From positions 53,940,001 through 54,004,000 of the forward strand of contig CM060734.1 of the NCBI GenBank assembly GCA_030704615.1: a stretch of 64,000 nucleotides of DNA. Direction: 5' to 3'. Under the pieces are notes generated by a model, which searched no databases, had not been told where the DNA came from, and saw only the letters and a list, made by a program, of their open reading frames with translations. Of the stretch, positions 59,671 through 64,000 are shown one piece after another. Each line of letters starts with the position of its first letter. The stretch's first letter is position 1. The DNA is from Takakia lepidozioides (taxonomy: Eukaryota; Plantae; Bryophyta). A program made the position numbers and the translations under genes.

Positions 59671-62607
59671 TCACCAGTAATCCCCACAGGAACAAATCCC
59701 ATCTTCAAAGTGGTGAAAGCGGTTAGCGTCCCGTACAACAATTGCTCGGCCAACAATCTTTGAGATGAATTTGGTGGAGGTGTGGCAGTCACCACACACT
59801 CGAAGATTCTTGATGAGACGCAGAGGCGTCCCAGGGGTCGTGCTGATCAGCCCAAAACCAATGGCCAGCTTCTCACTGTGGTGGCAAAGAGAAAATTCCT
59901 TTTCCTCCTCCCCCACATCATGCAATACAAAGCGCGTGTCAGGCACATACCCCGCCTCCTTCATCTGCCCAGACAATCTTCTCAGCTCAGAATGGATTTC
60001 CTTAATTCTGGGATGCAACTTGTCATCTACAACGAAGGTGTGCACCCTGTTGCCAACCTCAATGCAGCAGCGACCTGGCTCCTTTCTAACCCCTCTGACC
60101 TTCATCATTCTTCTCACCTTTGCAGTATCATCCCACCTGCCAGCTGCAGCATAGATGTTTGAAAGCAACACATAAGTCCCGGCATCCTGTTCATCCCACT
60201 TGAGGATAGATGTTGCCGCACGTTCAGCCATCTCCACATTGCCATGGATTCTGCAGGCACCAAGCAAGGCCTTCCACATCACAATATCTGGATTGATTGG
60301 CATTTTATTAATCAGGTCCACTGCCTCATCCAGTTGTCCCACACGTCCAAGAAGGTCCACCATGCAGCCAAAGTGCTCTACTGTCGGAGTGACACCATGA
60401 TCGTGACTCAGGGAATCAAAGTAGCGTCTTCCTTCATTCAGTAGGCCAGCGTGGCTGCATGCAGAGAGAACACATATAAAGGTGATACTGTCCGGCTTCA
60501 ATCCGTTCTTTTGCATTCCTTCAAATAGTTGCACGACCTCCCTATGAAGACCATGCTGTGCATATCCTGCGATCATCGCGTTCCACGACACCACATTTCG
60601 TTCAGCCATATTGTCAAACACTCCCTTTGCATCCTCGATGCACCCACATTTGGCATACATGTCCACAAGGGTATTGTTCAGAATCACATCTGGTACAATT
60701 CCAGCTTTGGAGATGCAACCATGCACCTCTTTGCCCTTTTCCAGGGCTGCCAGGCTTGCACACGCACTGCAAACGCACACAAATGTGATGTGGTCGGGCT
60801 TCACCCCTTCCCCCATCATTTGCTCATACATCTCCAAAGCCTCCATCCCGCGCCCCTGCTGTGCATACCCTGCAATCATCGCACTCCACGACACCACATT
60901 TCGTTCAGCCATATTGTTGAACACTCCCTTCGCATCCTCCATGCTCCCACATTTCGCATACATGTCCACCAGGGCAGTGTTCAGGATGACATTTGGTACA
61001 AATGCAGCTTTGGCGATGCAACCATGCACCTCTTTGCCCTTTTCCAGCACTGCCAGGCTTGCACAAGCATTGCAAACAAAAACAAACGTGATGTGGTCGG
61101 GCTTCACCCCTTCCCCCATCATTTGCTCATACGTCTCCAAAGCCTCCATCCCGCGCCCCTGCTGTGCATATCCTGCAATCATCGCACTCCACGACACCAC
61201 ATCTCGTTCAGCCATATTGTTGAACACTCCCTCCGCATCCTCCATGCTCCCACATTTGGCATACATGTCCACGAGGGTATTGTTCAGAATCACATCTGGT
61301 ACAATTCCAGCTTTGGCGATGCAACCATGCACCTCTTTGCCCTTTCCCAGGGTTGCCAGGCTTGCACACGCACTGCAAACGCACACAAACGTGATGTGGT
61401 TGGGCTTCACCCCTTCACGCATCATTTGCTCATACGTCTCCAAAGCCTCCATCCCGCGCCCCTGCTGTGCATACCCTGCAATCATCGCACTCCACGACAC
61501 CACATTTCGTTCAGCCATATTGTCGAACACTCCCTTTGCATGCTCCATGCTCCCACATTTGGCATACATGTCCACCAGGGCAGTGTTTAGAATGACATTT
61601 GGTACAATTCCAGCTCTGACGATGTCGCTATGGACCTCTTTGCCCTTTTCCAGAGTTGCCAGGCTTGCACAAGCATTGCAAATGCACACAAACGTGATGT
61701 GGTTGGGCTTGACCCCTTCACACATCATTTGCTCATACGTCTCCAAAGCCTCCATCCCGCGCCCTTGCTGTGCATATCCTGCAATCATCGCACTCCACGA
61801 CACAACATCTCGTTCAGCCATAGTGTTGAACAGTCCCTCTGCATCCTCGATGCACCCACATTTGGCATACATGTCCACCAGGGCAGTGTTCAGAATGACA
61901 TCTGGTACAATTCCAGCTTTGACGATGTCACCATGGACCTGTTTCCCCTTTTCCAGGGCTCCCAGGCTTGCACACGCATTGCAAACGCACACAAACGTGA
62001 TCTGGTCGGGCTTCACCCCTTCCCCCATCATTTGCTCATAGGTCTCCAAAGCATTCCTACCACACCCATGCTTGGTAAATCCTGCAATCATTATATTCCA
62101 CGTGATCAAAGATCGTTGAGGCATTCTGTTAAACACTTGGTGAGCATCCATGATGCTCCCGCACTTAACATACATGTTGACAAGGGTGTTGAGTAGAAAA
62201 ACATTTGGCGTGAATCCACTTTGGATAATGTGAGTGTGCACCTGCTTTCCAGCTTCCAGGCCTTTCATCTTGATGCACTTATGCAAGAGACTGACATACG
62301 TATCTGAATCTGCTGAAATGCCTCCTTGGTTTAGAGTCTGTAGAGCCTCTTTCAGTCTGCCTGCCTCACAAAGCATCTTCACATGCCCAGAAGTGCCAGA
62401 AGTTGCATTGTGGACTACTTCTCTTGATCCTCTTCCAGAAGCTGTGCTCATGGTTGAGGTGCCTGATTTTATCAACTGTGCCGCTGCAGCTGCTGCCTTC
62501 AGTTGACCATCTACCCATGCAGGTTTCTTGTAGCTATTGATCCACAGGGAATCATAGGTAATCTTGTGCTTGAAATCTGGCCCTTTTGGATGAATCTGGA
62601 CCCACAC
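59671..62607 (-). CDS. PLS-type PPR-E-DYW editing factor, copy 4 (5 PLS triplets)
   Basis: PLS motifs, E domain, HSEKLA, CGDCH, DYW. Confidence 0.95.
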   Translation of the reverse strand: MWVQIHPKGPDFKHKITYDSLWINSYKKPAWVDGQLKAAAAAAQLIKSGTSTMSTASGRGSREVVHNATSGTSGHVKMLCEAGRLKEALQTLNQGGISADSDTYVSLLHKCIKMKGLEAGKQVHTHIIQSGFTPNVFLLNTLVNMYVKCGSIMDAHQVFNRMPQRSLITWNIMIAGFTKHGCGRNALETYEQMMGEGVKPDQITFVCVCNACASLGALEKGKQVHGDIVKAGIVPDVILNTALVDMYAKCGCIEDAEGLFNTMAERDVVSWSAMIAGYAQQGRGMEALETYEQMMCEGVKPNHITFVCICNACASLATLEKGKEVHSDIVRAGIVPNVILNTALVDMYAKCGSMEHAKGVFDNMAERNVVSWSAMIAGYAQQGRGMEALETYEQMMREGVKPNHITFVCVCSACASLATLGKGKEVHGCIAKAGIVPDVILNNTLVDMYAKCGSMEDAEGVFNNMAERDVVSWSAMIAGYAQQGRGMEALETYEQMMGEGVKPDHITFVFVCNACASLAVLEKGKEVHGCIAKAAFVPNVILNTALVDMYAKCGSMEDAKGVFNNMAERNVVSWSAMIAGYAQQGRGMEALEMYEQMMGEGVKPDHITFVCVCSACASLAALEKGKEVHGCISKAGIVPDVILNNTLVDMYAKCGCIEDAKGVFDNMAERNVVSWNAMIAGYAQHGLHREVVQLFEGMQKNGLKPDSITFICVLSACSHAGLLNEGRRYFDSLSHDHGVTPTVEHFGCMVDLLGRVGQLDEAVDLINKMPINPDIVMWKALLGACRIHGNVEMAERAATSILKWDEQDAGTYVLLSNIYAAAGRWDDTAKVRRMMKVRGVRKEPGRCCIEVGNRVHTFVVDDKLHPRIKEIHSELRRLSGQMKEAGYVPDTRFVLHDVGEEEKEFSLCHHSEKLAIGFGLISTTPGTPLRLIKNLRVCGDCHTSTKFISKIVGRAIVVRDANRFHHFEDGICSCGDYW

Positions 62608-62787
62608 TCTATCCCTGCTCCTTCAGCTATCCATGCCTCTGCACAAATCATGCATACATTCTTGCCTAGCTGCTAGCAGCTGACAATGACAGCCTAGATT
62701 TGTTCTAGGAAACACCCAACTCAACTTATCACACTAGTTCCTATGCCAATTGCATCCGCTACTCCCTGTAATCCAACAGGCATTCAC

Positions 62788-64000
62788 CTTCTTGCCTCGA
62801 TTGTCCTACCACTGACTTGGGTCAGAAAAGTGTTCATTCCACAGCTTCTCCTCGCCTCTGTAACCTGTTTCTGGATACTTTCCTGTTGTCACATTGGACA
62901 GTATCATGTCAAAGTCACTCCAAACTACATTCACTCAACCAGCTAACTTGCAGAATTCAACATGAAAATTTAGGGCCGATTCTGATAAGAGGAAAGACAC
63001 GGTGAAATGTGTTGAAGAAGGTGCCTTCATTAGCAGTGCCTGATTTTACCAATTGTGCCGCCGCTGCTGCGCCTTCCAGTTGACCATCTACCCATGCAGG
63101 TTTCTTGTAGCTATTGATCCACCGGGAATCATAGGTAATCTTGTGCTTGAAATCTGGCCCTCTTGGATGAATCTGGACCCACACCCTATCCCTGCTCCTT
63201 CAGCTATCCATGCCCCTGCACAAGTCATGCATACATCCTTGCCTTGCTGCTAGCAACTGACAATGACAGCCTAGAATTCTTCCAGCAAACACCCCACTCA
63301 TACTTATCACACTAGTTCCTATGCTGACTTGCGTCTGCTTCCAACAGGCATTCACGTTTTTGTCTCCATTGTCCCACCATTGACTAGGGTTGGAAAAGTG
63401 TTCATTCCAAAGCTTCTCCTCATCTCTGTTATCTGTTTTTGGATACTTTCCTGCTGCCACATCGGCAGTGACTTGTCAAAGTCACTCCAAACCACCACAG
63501 ATCCACCCACCGAGCTAACTTACAGCATTCAATATGCAAATTCAGGGCCGAGTCTGATGAGAGGGCAAAACAGGCTGAAATAGGTCGAAGAAGAAGGTGC
63601 CCTCACCACATTGTCCTTGACCTTGACCCATGGAGAATTTGACCGACCATCAACCCAAAAGGACCTCTTGTGTGTGCTGCTTGTGTCTGTAGTCAGGTAA
63701 CGTCGGATTGGTCTGTGAGAACCACCACGGTGCAGCTGAGCAGGCAGAGATTGAAACACGGCCTGCTAAGACCAAGCTGACTCTAGAATACCAAATCATG
63801 GTACTAACAGGAGCCAAGAGGCCACATTTGCAGGATGGACAAACTTCTTCACGTGTACATTAAGAAAAAGCCAGACCTTGCGATTGCGGTTGTCCCACCA
63901 TCGTGAAGGATCTTTAAAAAACTCATGCCAGCTCTGCTCCGTGCTCCAAGGTAGAGGTTTGTGCTCGAAAATCCGACAGCATCAACATTTCGACAAGGTC
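62788..64000 (-). other. Upstream PDF-motif exons of copy 4 (run off the window)
   Basis: Same half-exon modules as in the other copies. Confidence 0.75.

Overview
Plant nuclear DNA, probably from a non-seed land plant (inferred from the PLS-E-DYW genes and retroelement types; species not determinable). The window has two components. (1) A cluster of five recently duplicated PLS-type PPR-E-DYW RNA-editing-factor genes: four with intact main exons of 776, 978, 978 and 1079 aa, differing by whole 101-aa PLS triplets, and one pseudogene. Their upstream small exons splice into tandem OSB-type 'PDF' ssDNA-binding motifs, an unusual PDF-PPR-DYW fusion. (2) A dense nest of mobile DNA: a full-length Athila-like Ty3/gypsy element (485-12483) inside a hAT transposase; a SWIM-domain DNA element and its short derivative; several MITEs; LINE and chromovirus fragments; a TRIM with tRNA-derived LTRs; and three copies of a gypsy-like retroelement (gag, protease, C5 DNA methyltransferase, integrase, PHD). 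That retroelement lacks paired LTRs, has TGTCA...CGACA ends and 4-bp TSDs, and carries internal end-to-end CA-GC-TG 'circle junction' sequences. All calls come from reading the sequence by eye; no searches were run.
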